Part shown: positions 9,212 through 18,933 of the stretch, piece by piece | How the letters are laid out: the number at the start of each line of letters is the position of its first letter | Numbering within the stretch: position 1 is the first letter of the stretch | Assembly (NCBI GenBank): GCA_031424795.1 | Contig: JANPIC010000133.1 | Location: forward strand, 12,634 to 76,633 | DNA from: Polaromonas sp. | GTDB lineage: Bacteria > Pseudomonadota > Gammaproteobacteria > Burkholderiales > Burkholderiaceae_C | Direction: 5' to 3' | DNA: 64,000 nucleotides | Notes under the pieces: generated by a model | Database searches by the model: none | Seen by the model: the letters and a program-made list of their open reading frames with translations, nothing else | What the model was told of the DNA's origin: nothing | Made by a program: the position numbers and the translations under genes

Positions 9212-10552
9212 ATGACTAACCCTTCGACGATTCCTTCAATTTCATTCATTTTTTCACTGGTATTTGCAGCGCTTTTAGTGGCTGGTTTGGTGGTCAAATA
9301 TTGGCTGGCAACACGCCAAATCCGTTACGTGGCGCGGCACCGCAACGCTGTACCACCAGCATTTGCGCAAAATATTACCTTAGCAGCGCATCAAAAAGCG
9401 GCTGATTACACGCTGACGAAATCGCGTTTCGGCTTGCTGGAGCTGGCTTTTGGTACGGCAGTTTTGGTTGCTTGGACGCTGCTGGGCGGGCTGGATCTGA
9501 TAAATACCTGGTTACTGGGTTTGATTGGCAATTCTTACGCAGGTTTAGCGCAGCAGTTGGCGCTGTTCGTTAGCTTCGCAGTGATCAGCAGCATCATCGA
9601 GCTGCCGTTCACGCTGTACCAAACCTTTGTGATTGAAGAGCGTTTTGGCTTTAACAAAATGACGTTCAAACTGTGGTTGATTGACGGCATCAAATCCAGC
9701 TTGATTGGCGCCTTGATTGGCCTGCCCCTTGCCGCGCTGATTTTGTGGCTGATGGGCGCTGCGGGCAACTTGTGGTGGCTGTGGACATGGTGCGTGTGGA
9801 TGGGGTTTAACCTGCTGCTCTTGGTGCTGTACCCAACGGTGATTGCCCCGATGTTTAATAAATTCAAACCTTTGGAAGACGAAGCGCTGAAAGCCCGTGT
9901 GACGGCGCTGATGCAGCGCTGTGGCTTCGCTGCCAAAGGTTTGTTTGTGATGGATGGCAGTAAACGCAGCGGCCATGCCAACGCGTATTTCACCGGTTTT
10001 GGCGCTTCTAAACGCGTGGTTTTTTACGACACTTTGCTGGCCAAATTGTCACCCGCAGAGGTGGACGCTGTGTTGGCGCATGAGTTGGGGCATTTCAAAC
10101 ACAAACATGTGATCAAGCGCATCGTTGCGATGTTTGCGATGAGCTTGGCGGGGTTTGCACTATTAGGCTGGCTGTCAACGCAAGTGTGGTTTTACACAGG
10201 CTTAGGAGTCATGCCTAATTCTGCAGCCGTGACCGGCGTGCCAAACAACGCTTTGGCTTTGCTGTTATTGATGATGGCGATGCCAGCGTTCACATTTTTC
10301 ATCTCGCCACTCTTTGCACAACTGTCCCGCAAACATGAGTTTGAAGCAGATGCCTACGCCATCAAGCAAACAGCGGGGAGTGACTTGGCCAGTGCGCTGC
10401 TCAAGCTGTATGAAGACAATGCCTCAACGTTGACGCCAGACCCTTTGTTTGTGAAGTTTTATTACTCGCATCCACCTGCTTCAGAGCGCTTGGCTCGTAT
10501 GGGCTTCACCCCTGGTAGTTTGAGTAGCGCATCTGCAGGGCAGTTGGCCTGA
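9212..10552 (+). CDS. M48-family (Ste24/HtpX-like) membrane zinc metallopeptidase
   Basis: Polytopic N-terminus, HELGHFKH (HExxH) motif and a downstream EFEAD motif. Confidence 0.85.
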   Translation: MTNPSTIPSISFIFSLVFAALLVAGLVVKYWLATRQIRYVARHRNAVPPAFAQNITLAAHQKAADYTLTKSRFGLLELAFGTAVLVAWTLLGGLDLINTWLLGLIGNSYAGLAQQLALFVSFAVISSIIELPFTLYQTFVIEERFGFNKMTFKLWLIDGIKSSLIGALIGLPLAALILWLMGAAGNLWWLWTWCVWMGFNLLLLVLYPTVIAPMFNKFKPLEDEALKARVTALMQRCGFAAKGLFVMDGSKRSGHANAYFTGFGASKRVVFYDTLLAKLSPAEVDAVLAHELGHFKHKHVIKRIVAMFAMSLAGFALLGWLSTQVWFYTGLGVMPNSAAVTGVPNNALALLLLMMAMPAFTFFISPLFAQLSRKHEFEADAYAIKQTAGSDLASALLKLYEDNASTLTPDPLFVKFYYSHPPASERLARMGFTPGSLSSASAGQLA

Positions 10553-10555
10553 CGA

Positions 10556-11527
10556 ATGAGTAATATGCTTCAAAATGGACTTGTCGTCGCTGGTTTTGGC
10601 CGCCATGTGCTCGTTGAGACTGATGCAGGTGAACGCATTATTTGCCACCCGCGCGGTAAGAAAAACACCGCCGTGGTGGGTGACCGTATCAAATGGCTTG
10701 CAACCCAAGACGAAGGCACAATTGAGAAGCTGGAGCTTAGGAAGAACCTGTTTTATAGGCAAGATGAAATTCGCACCAAATCGTTTGCAGCCAATTTAGA
10801 CCAAATTTTGATTCTGATCGCTGCTGAGCCAGAGTTTTCAGAAAGCCAGCTGTCCCGTGCTTTGATAGCGGCTGAGGCAGAGCACATCAAACCCATCATT
10901 GCGCTGAATAAGAGCGATTTGACCGTGCCATTTGCCAAGGCTTGGGAGCGGCTTCAGCCTTACAAAGAGATGGGCTACGACGTCGTCGCCCTGTCTTTGA
11001 AGCCCAAAAATGTGGGGCTAAAGAGTGCCGCCGAAGACTTTGATATTGAGAAAATCGAGCAACAAGCCGAGCTGTTGATGTCGCTCTTACAGGGCAAAAC
11101 TACATTGGTTTTAGGGCCTTCAGGAGCTGGTAAAAGCACGCTGATCAATGCCGTCGTGCCCAATGCAACAGTGTTCACGCAAGAAATTTCACAAGCTTTG
11201 AATTCTGGCAAACACACGACCACTAGCACCACTTGGTATTGGGTGGATGAGGCAAAAACCACGGCTTTGATTGATTCACCAGGTTTTCAAGAGTTTGGTC
11301 TGAACCACATTGAAGCGAGTCATTTAGCCAGCTATATGCCCGACTTTAAAGTGCATGTGCCGAACTGCAAATTTTACAATTGCAGCCACTTGCATGAGCC
11401 GGGTTGCGGTGTTTTGGAATCCATGAAAAATGATGTAAAAAATGACTCTAGCCGTCGTAAAATAAGCTTAGAGCGCTATCGAATATATAGCAGTTTGTTT
11501 GCTGAATTATCCGAGGTTCGGTACTGA
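10556..11527 (+). CDS. rsgA: Ribosome small-subunit-dependent GTPase A
   Basis: Circularly permuted GTPase with LNKSDL upstream of GPSGAGKSTLINA, and a C-terminal zinc cluster CKFYNCSHLHEPGC. Confidence 0.9.
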   Translation: MSNMLQNGLVVAGFGRHVLVETDAGERIICHPRGKKNTAVVGDRIKWLATQDEGTIEKLELRKNLFYRQDEIRTKSFAANLDQILILIAAEPEFSESQLSRALIAAEAEHIKPIIALNKSDLTVPFAKAWERLQPYKEMGYDVVALSLKPKNVGLKSAAEDFDIEKIEQQAELLMSLLQGKTTLVLGPSGAGKSTLINAVVPNATVFTQEISQALNSGKHTTTSTTWYWVDEAKTTALIDSPGFQEFGLNHIEASHLASYMPDFKVHVPNCKFYNCSHLHEPGCGVLESMKNDVKNDSSRRKISLERYRIYSSLFAELSEVRY

Positions 11528-11539
11528 GTATGCCGTACT

Positions 11540-12589
11540 TTAGCCTAGCAATTTAGACAAAGTCAGTAGCGCTAGCAGTAACATCCATAACACCACATAG
11601 CGCCAAACAAGACCAACGACGCTGCGCAGGTGCGCTGGTTCAGCTTCTCGACCTGGCGTGCTGATGGTGGCTTCGGGTTCGGTTGAATTGTTGTTACTTT
11701 CCCCATCAAATGATGAATTAGCCGATTCGGCTCGTGGAGCTGGTTTGAGTAATTCGCCACCTAAACGCACATGCATGGCGCCCGACGTTGCCGCCAAAAT
11801 CACGCCGTCGTTGGCGTTGTCAAGCGTGGGCAATTGCTGTGCATAGTTGCGCCAACAATCAATCGCATCCTCAAAATTGCCCACCACGGCAAACCCCATG
11901 GCGGTGAAACGAGCAGGCAACCAATCGACCAAATACCACGCTTTTGCTGTTGTTTCGCGTAAGTGGTCACTTACGACGGAGGAGTCGTCATGCACGTTGT
12001 CGTCGCTTGAATGACTCAATTTGGTTTTAAAACGTGGTTTCCAAAAACGGACGGTAAATTCAGACATGCGGTAAAACACCGCACCGAATGGGCCTAGCCC
12101 CAAAGCTGCCAAAATGACATACCAAGTCAGCACACCAAACACATGGCGATGCGCCGCCAAAACCGAGTATTCAATGACGTGGCGCACAATTTCGCTGCGC
12201 GGAATGTTACTGGCATCGACGTTTTGCCAGTCAGCTAAGAGTTGACGAGCTAAATCTTCGTCGCCAGCATCTAGCGCATCGCGAATATCGGTGAAGTGGT
12301 AGCTAAATTGCCGAAAACCGAGGGTGACGTAGAGCACCATCACGTTCCACACCACGGCTGCTGGCCAGCCAAAGGCGTAGACCAAGAGCCAATGCACACC
12401 CATCACAGCTAAGGCTGGCAATGCTGCTGTGATCAGCCAAACCACCCAGCTGTGGTCAGATTTGCCTGCATCAAAATTACGACTTACAGCGTTCGCCCAA
12501 TGGCGCAGACCATGATGAATGGGGTTGCTGCGCGTTAGTGGTTTGACTTGCTCGATCAAGAGCGCGCAAAAAATGGCAAAAAAGCTCAT
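11540..12589 (-). CDS. CobD/CbiB-family membrane protein
   Basis: The MSFFAIFCALLIEQVKPL N-terminus is typical of the family. The ORF extension to 12673 would overlap the upstream Nudix gene, so I take the ATG at 12589. Confidence 0.6.
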   Translation of the reverse strand: MSFFAIFCALLIEQVKPLTRSNPIHHGLRHWANAVSRNFDAGKSDHSWVVWLITAALPALAVMGVHWLLVYAFGWPAAVVWNVMVLYVTLGFRQFSYHFTDIRDALDAGDEDLARQLLADWQNVDASNIPRSEIVRHVIEYSVLAAHRHVFGVLTWYVILAALGLGPFGAVFYRMSEFTVRFWKPRFKTKLSHSSDDNVHDDSSVVSDHLRETTAKAWYLVDWLPARFTAMGFAVVGNFEDAIDCWRNYAQQLPTLDNANDGVILAATSGAMHVRLGGELLKPAPRAESANSSFDGESNNNSTEPEATISTPGREAEPAHLRSVVGLVWRYVVLWMLLLALLTLSKLLG

Positions 12590-12618
12590 GACAGCATCAT
12601 ATAGGATGCTGACTAGCT

Positions 12619-13320
12619 TTAAGCGTGCAAAAATCGATAAAAATTGCGCAACATGCCAGCCGTTGCACCCCAAATGAAGTGCTCTTTGCCGTTCGGGGCT
12701 TGGTCGTCAGGGTAGGGCATAGAAAACCACTTGCGACGTGCGCCCTGCCACTCAAACACGTGCTCATGGTGGTTGGCAGGGTTCATTAGATAAGCCAACG
12801 GTACTTCAAATGCGTGCGCAACTTCGTCGGTATTCAGGCGTAATTCAAAATTAGGATTCAGCAACGCAACAACAGGGGTGATGATGAATTGCGTACCCGT
12901 TAAATAGGTTGGCATCGCGCCTATGACTTCAATATGTGATGCCTCAATGCCCACTTCCTCGTAGGTTTCACGCAGCGCAGTCGCCGTGGCATCTGCGTCA
13001 TCTGCATCTGCTTTGCCACCAGGAAAGGCGATTTGCCCGCCGTGGGTGGAGAGGTGGCTGGTGCGCTGCGTTAGCAATACATGCAACTCATCTCGCATCA
13101 CCAAAGGCAGCAAAACGGAAGCGTGCGCTAACTCACGTTGGCTGAAGCTGGACTCGCGCAGCACTTCGGGCGACCAGATGGGCTGATTGGCAAATCGCTC
13201 TCGTAAGGCTTGCGGTGACATCGCAGCGCTTGGCACCGCTGGCATGTCTGCACCCGTACGGGTGACGGGCACTTTGCGCGGGTCGAAAATCGGTGGTGCG
13301 ATGTAGTCAGGTGCGGACAT
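12619..13320 (-). CDS. CoA pyrophosphatase-type NUDIX hydrolase
   Basis: Nudix box GGKADADDADATATALRETYEEVGI. Conserved pairing with the CobD-like gene. Confidence 0.8.
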   Translation of the reverse strand: MSAPDYIAPPIFDPRKVPVTRTGADMPAVPSAAMSPQALRERFANQPIWSPEVLRESSFSQRELAHASVLLPLVMRDELHVLLTQRTSHLSTHGGQIAFPGGKADADDADATATALRETYEEVGIEASHIEVIGAMPTYLTGTQFIITPVVALLNPNFELRLNTDEVAHAFEVPLAYLMNPANHHEHVFEWQGARRKWFSMPYPDDQAPNGKEHFIWGATAGMLRNFYRFLHA

Positions 13321-13335
13321 GGTTGTTTAGTACAT

Positions 13336-13379
13336 AAAAAAACCGCTAAAAGTAACTCAAAGAGTGACCCATAGCGGTT
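13336..13379 (-). terminator. Probable intrinsic terminator after rplS
   Basis: AACCGCTA...TAGCGGTT stem with a large loop, followed on the minus strand by a T-run. Confidence 0.45.
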
Positions 13380-13431
13380 GTTTTTCGGAGCCAGTGCAAC
13401 TGTTATCGCGGCTGACTCTTGGTTGTTGACT

Positions 13432-13824
13432 TTAAGCCGCAGTAACTGCTGCTGTAGCCTTGACCTTCTTAGGAGCCAATTTTTCTTTGATACGTGCAGA
13501 CTTGCCGCTACGATCGCGCAAGTAGTACAACTTGGCGCGGCGAACATCACCACGGCGTTTGACTTCAATCGCCGCGATCAACGGGCTGTAAGTTTGGAAT
13601 GTACGCTCAACGCCTTCGCCGCTGGAGATTTTACGAACGGTAAAACCGCTGTTCAAACCACGGTTACGCTTGGCAATGACCACGCCTTCAAACGCTTGCA
13701 AACGCTTGCGAGTTCCCTCGACCACGTTAACGCTAACGACAACGGTGTCGCCAGGTGCAAATACTGGAATAGTTTTGTTCAAACGAGCAATTTCTTCTTG
13801 CTCTAGTGTTTCGATTAAGTTCAT
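13432..13824 (-). CDS. rplS: 50S ribosomal protein L19
   Basis: [12 protein letters not shown]...PGDTVVV...[11 protein letters not shown] matches L19. Last gene of the rpsP-rimM-trmD-rplS cluster. Confidence 0.95.
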   Translation of the reverse strand: MNLIETLEQEEIARLNKTIPVFAPGDTVVVSVNVVEGTRKRLQAFEGVVIAKRNRGLNSGFTVRKISSGEGVERTFQTYSPLIAAIEVKRRGDVRRAKLYYLRDRSGKSARIKEKLAPKKVKATAAVTAA

Positions 13825-13926
13825 AGTTTCCTCTTATGATCATGGCAGCACCAACGTCGGGATTGACATATGCTCGATTCATTTACAAAGAAAACTGTAA
13901 AAAAGAGCGGTCGGCCAGAGGATCGA

Positions 13927-13946
13927 AAAGCCTTTGATTATAACAG
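13927..13946 (-). promoter_or_regulatory. Putative internal promoter for rplS, directly after the trmD stop
   Basis: The minus strand reads GTTATAATCAAAGGCTTTT. Confidence 0.45.
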
Positions 13947-13947
13947 T

Positions 13948-14685
13948 TTATAAGGGCTTTTTCAACAAATCAGGGCGTAGCTCGGTTGTGAGCTTGAGTC
14001 GTTGTTCTTGTCGCCAGAGCTCAATATTCACATGGTGGCCAGACAAAAGCACATCCGGCACGGTTTTAGGCACGCCTTGATCTTCCCAAATCTCTGGTCG
14101 CGTGTAGTGCGGGCAATCTAGCAGGCCGTCTAGAGCGGGGTTGAAGCTGTCTAAGTGGTGGCTGTCTTGGTCACTCAGCACGCCGGGTTGCAGGCGGGCT
14201 ATGGCGTCTAGCAGAGCCATAGCAGCGATTTCTCCGCCTGAGAGGACAAAATCGCCTAGGCTGATTTGAATATCGACATAGGCGTCGATAAACCGCTGGT
14301 CAATGCCTTCGTAGCGACCGCAAACCAGCACGGCGCCATTGCTTTTCGACCATTTTTCTACGCTTGGGTGGTCAAGTTTTTGACCAATCGGGGAAAAAAG
14401 CACCACGGGCGCTTTATTTCCCAGATTCGTTGCTTGATTCCGTCCGGTTTGAATCGCTTCAAGGCACAAACGCAGCGGCTCAGCCATCATCACCATGCCT
14501 GGGCCGCCGCCGAAGGGGCGGTCGTCTATGCGGCGGTAGGTGCCTTGGGCGAAGTCACGGGGATTCCATAGGCGGACATCGACCAAGCTGATGCCGTTTT
14601 TAGTCTCAAAAGCGCGGCGGTTGATGCCAACCGTTAAAAACGGGGCGAAAAGCTCGGGAAATAGGGTGATGACATCGAAGCGCAT
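13948..14685 (-). CDS. trmD: tRNA (guanine37-N1)-methyltransferase
   Basis: MRFDVITLFPELF N-terminus, the GRYEGIDQR motif, and cluster context. Confidence 0.95.
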   Translation of the reverse strand: MRFDVITLFPELFAPFLTVGINRRAFETKNGISLVDVRLWNPRDFAQGTYRRIDDRPFGGGPGMVMMAEPLRLCLEAIQTGRNQATNLGNKAPVVLFSPIGQKLDHPSVEKWSKSNGAVLVCGRYEGIDQRFIDAYVDIQISLGDFVLSGGEIAAMALLDAIARLQPGVLSDQDSHHLDSFNPALDGLLDCPHYTRPEIWEDQGVPKTVPDVLLSGHHVNIELWRQEQRLKLTTELRPDLLKKPL

Positions 14686-14715
14686 AAATCAAGCTGAATG
14701 GGCTTATGTCATGAA

Positions 14716-15291
14716 TCAGTAGTCTGGCTGCCAGTCAACGGTGACGCGTTTCTCAAGCAAATTCACGTCATCAACATAATGTGAAACGAAGGGAATCATG
14801 CGTTCTTGCACTTTTTCAATGCCTTCAACAATCTCGGTGTATTCAATCACCAGCACCGTTTGCGGCCCAGTTGAGAGCAAATCTTTCACGACACCAAGTG
14901 CGACGCCTTCGCGGTTGACGACGTTCAAACCCATCAAATCGACCCAGTAGTACGAGTCAAGTTCAGGCGTTGGAAAGCTGGAGCGGGGAATGAAGATGCG
15001 CGAGCCTTTGAGCGCCTGGGCGATGTCGCGGTCTTCCATCTCATGGGCGACGGCAACAATGGTGTCGGAATGCACTTTGGCTTCACGAATGCGCATGAGT
15101 TGCGTACCAGCAAAGGCGGGTTTGCCGCGTTCGGTGGGTTGCAAATACCAGCGTTTGGAAGAAAAAAGCGCCTCAGGGTCGGCGCTATGAGGTAAAACTT
15201 TGAACCAGCCTTTGAGTCCCCAAGCGTCGGCGATACGCCCCACTTGGATGGCATCTGCTGGTAAATCTACCGGTTCAAGGCCTTGCAACAT
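14716..15291 (-). CDS. rimM: Ribosome maturation factor RimM
   Basis: 191 aa. GRIADAWGLKGWFKV (RimM N-terminal domain), a PRC barrel and cluster context. Confidence 0.9.
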   Translation of the reverse strand: MLQGLEPVDLPADAIQVGRIADAWGLKGWFKVLPHSADPEALFSSKRWYLQPTERGKPAFAGTQLMRIREAKVHSDTIVAVAHEMEDRDIAQALKGSRIFIPRSSFPTPELDSYYWVDLMGLNVVNREGVALGVVKDLLSTGPQTVLVIEYTEIVEGIEKVQERMIPFVSHYVDDVNLLEKRVTVDWQPDY

Positions 15292-15349
15292 GATATTTAT
15301 AAAATGCTGAGCAATTGCCTCGAACTGAAATCAACAACAAAGTTGTTGA

Positions 15350-15613
15350 TTAAACAGCCGCAGGTGCTGCTTTTTTAGCGTGTTGAGCAAACAAACGCTC
15401 AACGGTTGGAGATGCTTGCGCACCAACGCTTTTCCAGTAAGTCACGCGGTCGATAGCGACGCGGATGCTCTCTTCGCCACCAGTGGCGCTAGGGTTGTAA
15501 AAACCAACGCGCTCGATGAAACGGCCGTCACGGCGGGTACGTTTGTCAGCGACAACGATGTTGAAAAAAGGACGCGCTTTTGCGCCGCCGCGAGAAAGTC
15601 GAATGACGACCAT
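15350..15613 (-). CDS. rpsP: 30S ribosomal protein S16
   Basis: [23 protein letters not shown]... The ORF-track extension to 15673 is upstream read-through; the conserved start is the ATG at 15613. Confidence 0.95.
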   Translation of the reverse strand: MVVIRLSRGGAKARPFFNIVVADKRTRRDGRFIERVGFYNPSATGGEESIRVAIDRVTYWKSVGAQASPTVERLFAQHAKKAAPAAV

Positions 15614-15740
15614 AATAGTTCCTTCAGAAGAATTGCCCAATTTAGGTAAATAAATACCCGAAAAATAAAGCAACCCGATAATTTCATGTAATCTCAGCGT
15701 TGAGACACGTTACATAACCACCCGGCTAGAAACACGCTGA

Positions 15741-15760
15741 AAAGCCTTTGATTATAGCTT
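15741..15760 (-). promoter_or_regulatory. Putative rpsP operon promoter
   Basis: The minus strand reads GCTATAATCAAAGGCTTTT, with ATGACA 18 nt upstream as a possible -35. Confidence 0.5.
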
Positions 15761-15824
15761 TTTACGGGGTGCGCTGTCATTTTTATTCTTATTTGTCAAA
15801 AGTCATCTCAATTCTTCTACTTTT

Positions 15825-16346
15825 ATGTTGATTATTCGACCCAGCACAGACGCCGACTTGCCCGCTATTACGGCGATTTACGCGCACCACGTCCTCACCG
15901 GAACAGGTACTTTTGAGGTCGATCCGCCCACCGTGGACGATATGCGCGGTCGCCATGCTGATGTTTTGTCCAAAGGCTTGCCTTGGTTGGTCGCTGTTCA
16001 AAACGAAGTGGTCATAGGTTATGCCTACTGCAATTGGTTCAAACCGCGCCCAGCCTACCGCTTTTCTGCTGAAGATTCGATTTATTTGAGTCCTGAAGCC
16101 GCAGGAAAAGGCCTGGGTCGAACGTTGTTGGCAGAATTGATGGCGCAGGCGCAGCGGGCGGGTGTGCGTAAATTGATTGCTGTCATTGGCGATTCGGCCA
16201 ATGCAGGCTCTATCGCCGTGCACGCATCGGCAGGTTTTCAGCCTGTGGGCGTTTTGAAATCATGCGGTTGGAAGTTCGATAAATGGCTGGATGTGGTGCT
16301 GATGGACAAAACTTTGGGTGAAGCGGATTTGACCACGCCGGTGTAA
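15825..16346 (+). CDS. GNAT-family N-acetyltransferase (phosphinothricin-acetyltransferase-like)
   Basis: 173 aa. IRPSTDADLPAITAIY...FEVDPPTVDDM and the acetyl-CoA-binding segment GKGLGRTLL. Confidence 0.75.
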   Translation: MLIIRPSTDADLPAITAIYAHHVLTGTGTFEVDPPTVDDMRGRHADVLSKGLPWLVAVQNEVVIGYAYCNWFKPRPAYRFSAEDSIYLSPEAAGKGLGRTLLAELMAQAQRAGVRKLIAVIGDSANAGSIAVHASAGFQPVGVLKSCGWKFDKWLDVVLMDKTLGEADLTTPV

Positions 16347-16427
16347 ACGCGCTAGTTGAAGCGCGCCAGTTTGACCATCCAAAAAGCTTCAAAAACTTAA
16401 AAAAATAACAATAACTAGGGAAAAAAG

Positions 16428-16874
16428 ATGAAAAATAAAACAATCGCCACTTGGCTCTCATTTGTAGGCGGCCCCATGGGGCTGCACCGGTTCTATCTCT
16501 TCGGCATGCAAGACTGGCTTGGCTGGTTGCTGCCTTTGCCAACGATTTTGGGGCTTTACGGTGTGCATAGAGTGCGTACTTACGGTATCGACGACACGGT
16601 TAGCTGGGTATTGCTGCCGGTTTTGGGTTTTGTGATTGCTGGCTGCGCACTCACCGCGATTGTTTATGGTCTGATGACTGCAGAGCAATGGAATGCGAAG
16701 TTCAACCCAACATCAAAGCCTGATGCAAGCGCTGGTCAAACCAGCTGGTTGACAATTGGTGCTGTGGTTTTCTCGCTGTTGATAGGCTGCACAGCATTGA
16801 TATTTGGTACCGTTCAAGTATTTCAGCACTACTTTGAGTACCAAATACTTGAAAGTCAAAAGCTATCTCGATAA
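16428..16874 (+). CDS. TM2-domain membrane protein
   Basis: The GGPMGLHRFYLFG motif plus several TM helices. Confidence 0.7.
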   Translation: MKNKTIATWLSFVGGPMGLHRFYLFGMQDWLGWLLPLPTILGLYGVHRVRTYGIDDTVSWVLLPVLGFVIAGCALTAIVYGLMTAEQWNAKFNPTSKPDASAGQTSWLTIGAVVFSLLIGCTALIFGTVQVFQHYFEYQILESQKLSR

Positions 16875-16875
16875 A

Positions 16876-16940
16876 AAAGCAATAAATATGGCTCTAACCG
16901 GTGTATTTATTGCCTTAAATGCTATTAAATTTATATTAAA
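16876..16940 (-). repeat. Dispersed repeat, copy B (reverse), intergenic, 2 nt after the TM2 gene stop
   Basis: aagcaataaatatggctctaaccggtgtatttattgccttaaatgctattaaatttatat. Contains the GCAATAAATA/TATTTATTGC hairpin arms. Confidence 0.8.
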
Positions 16941-16945
16941 TTGGC

Positions 16946-17839
16946 ATGACTTTAAAACAAATTGAAGCTTTTTACTGGGCTGCGAATTTAGGTACATTTG
17001 CCATCGCGGCGCGGCGACTGCATGTTACACAATCGTCGCTTTCAAAACGCATTGCCGAACTTGAGGAATCTGTGGGGCAGCAACTGTTTGACCGTTCCAG
17101 CAAGCGTGCCCAGTTGACCGAGGCTGGGCATAGACGGATTTCAATAGCAGCCCGAATGATAGAGCTGAAAGAGTCGCTTCGTGTCGAGGCTGATCAGCTC
17201 TCGGATTTGACGGGTATTTGTCGTTTTGGCATCAGCGAACTGGCTTCTTTGACCTGGCTTCCAACTTTTGTGGCTCAAGCCAGGAAAGCCCATCCACGCC
17301 TTGTGTTGCAGCCCTATGTCGATTTGGCTAGAAATCTGGAAAGACAGGTTGCACGGGGGGAGCTTGATTTTTCGGTTGCGCCTGGACCTGTGGAAGACTC
17401 TCAGTTGCGGGCGCAGACGATTAGTCAAGTCGAGTTTAGTTGGATTGCATCTCCAGCCAGAATCAGTGCGGGTACGGTGCTGACAGCCAAAGATTTGGAG
17501 TTCCTTCCATTGATAACGATGACAGAGGGTTCTGGGCTTACCCGAGCCTTCAATAGCTGGGCTGCTGAGAAAGACATCAATATGCAGCGAACGGTGGCTT
17601 GTAACAGCTTGATGGCCATTGTGGGTTTAACTTTGGCGGATGTGGGGATCAGTTTTTTACCAACCCGTTATATGCAGCCCTGGGTAGACCAAGGCAGTCT
17701 GGTGGCTGCACGTAGCGTTCCGGCGCTACCCAGCTTGAATTATTACTTTTTACAACGAGCAGACGATACCAGAGCTGTGGTTCAGACCATGAAGCACTAT
17801 GTGATTCAAGCAGCTGATTTTTCTAATCGTAGACTTTAA
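16946..17839 (+). CDS. LysR-family transcriptional regulator
   Basis: N-terminal wHTH (LKQIEAFYWAANLGTFAIAARRLHVTQSSLSKRIAELE) and a LysR substrate-binding domain. Confidence 0.85.
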   Translation: MTLKQIEAFYWAANLGTFAIAARRLHVTQSSLSKRIAELEESVGQQLFDRSSKRAQLTEAGHRRISIAARMIELKESLRVEADQLSDLTGICRFGISELASLTWLPTFVAQARKAHPRLVLQPYVDLARNLERQVARGELDFSVAPGPVEDSQLRAQTISQVEFSWIASPARISAGTVLTAKDLEFLPLITMTEGSGLTRAFNSWAAEKDINMQRTVACNSLMAIVGLTLADVGISFLPTRYMQPWVDQGSLVAARSVPALPSLNYYFLQRADDTRAVVQTMKHYVIQAADFSNRRL

Positions 17840-17954
17840 AAGTCGCATGGATGATTAAATCATTCTAAAAACGACTATGTAGGTAGTCAAATATATCGCT
17901 TGTTTGATTGGGATTGCGACTTTATGATTCGTCCACTTTTAACAAGGAGACATC

Positions 17955-18920
17955 ATGAAAAAGCTCAATACTGTCCTTGCTGCCCTAATGTTGGCCTTGG
18001 GCACTGCATCCAATACATGGGCTGCCTGGCCTGACGATAAACCCATTGAGGTCGTTATTGGTTTTGCACCCGGTGGCGGCACCGACTCTATGGCACGCAA
18101 GCTGTTGCCTTTTGTTCAAAAACGCTTAGGCGCGGGTACACAATTCGTTGTGGTCAATAAACCCGGCGCTTCTGGTGAGATTGCAAACGCGTATGTCGCC
18201 AAGGCAAAGCCTGACGGTTACACCCTAGCCATCGTGAACGTGCCAGGTTTTCTGTTTCTTCCCATGAGCAAAAAATCGCAGTACCAACCGGAGGATTTTC
18301 AGCTGATCGCCCGAGTTGTTGATGATCCAACCATTCTGGTGACGCGCTCTGACGGCAAAATAAACGCGCTCCAAACAGTGATTGGTGTGGCAAAGCAGAC
18401 GCCGGGCGCTTTGTCAGCCGGTCACAATGGTGATGGCACAAACGGAGACTTGGCACTGCAACTCCTGAAAACAGCTGCAGGCATTGATTTGACTTTGGTG
18501 CCCTACAAGGGGACGGGTCTGCAAAAAACAGATCTTCTGGGCGGCCATATTTCTTTGGGCACCATCAGCGTCAGTGATGTACCTGAGCTACACAAGGGTG
18601 GCAGCGGTAACTTGCGGGCGATTGTTCAATTCACTGCCAAACGCTCTGCAGCGTTGCCTCAAGTCCCTACTGCTACAGAGCTGGGTGTCAACGCTTTGAT
18701 GTCTTCGGAGCGCGGATTTGCCGCACCCAAGGGGGTTTCTGCTGATGTGATGAAAAAGCTTGAACAAGCCATTGCCGATAGTCTGAAAGACCCAGAGTTC
18801 CTCGCGGCAGCATCTTCCGATGCGCCTGTGATTGCTTACCTGTCGGGAGCGCAGTGGCAAAAGTCGTTGGAGCAAAACCGCATCGCGCTTCAAAAATTGG
18901 TCAACAGCCGTAGCAAATAA
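17955..18920 (+). CDS. Bug/TctC-family substrate-binding protein (orphan)
   Basis: Signal peptide plus the PIEVVIGFAPGGGTD motif. Confidence 0.85.
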   Translation: MKKLNTVLAALMLALGTASNTWAAWPDDKPIEVVIGFAPGGGTDSMARKLLPFVQKRLGAGTQFVVVNKPGASGEIANAYVAKAKPDGYTLAIVNVPGFLFLPMSKKSQYQPEDFQLIARVVDDPTILVTRSDGKINALQTVIGVAKQTPGALSAGHNGDGTNGDLALQLLKTAAGIDLTLVPYKGTGLQKTDLLGGHISLGTISVSDVPELHKGGSGNLRAIVQFTAKRSAALPQVPTATELGVNALMSSERGFAAPKGVSADVMKKLEQAIADSLKDPEFLAAASSDAPVIAYLSGAQWQKSLEQNRIALQKLVNSRSK

Positions 18921-18933
18921 GAAAGATTTCATC

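Noticed and set aside
18832-18933. N-terminal extension of the RraA-like ORF, and similar extensions at 12590..12673, 15614..15673, 30368..30385 and 54662..54721.
   Set aside because: The extensions overlap the preceding gene or precede the conserved N-terminus. Internal ATG codons with better context give canonical protein starts.
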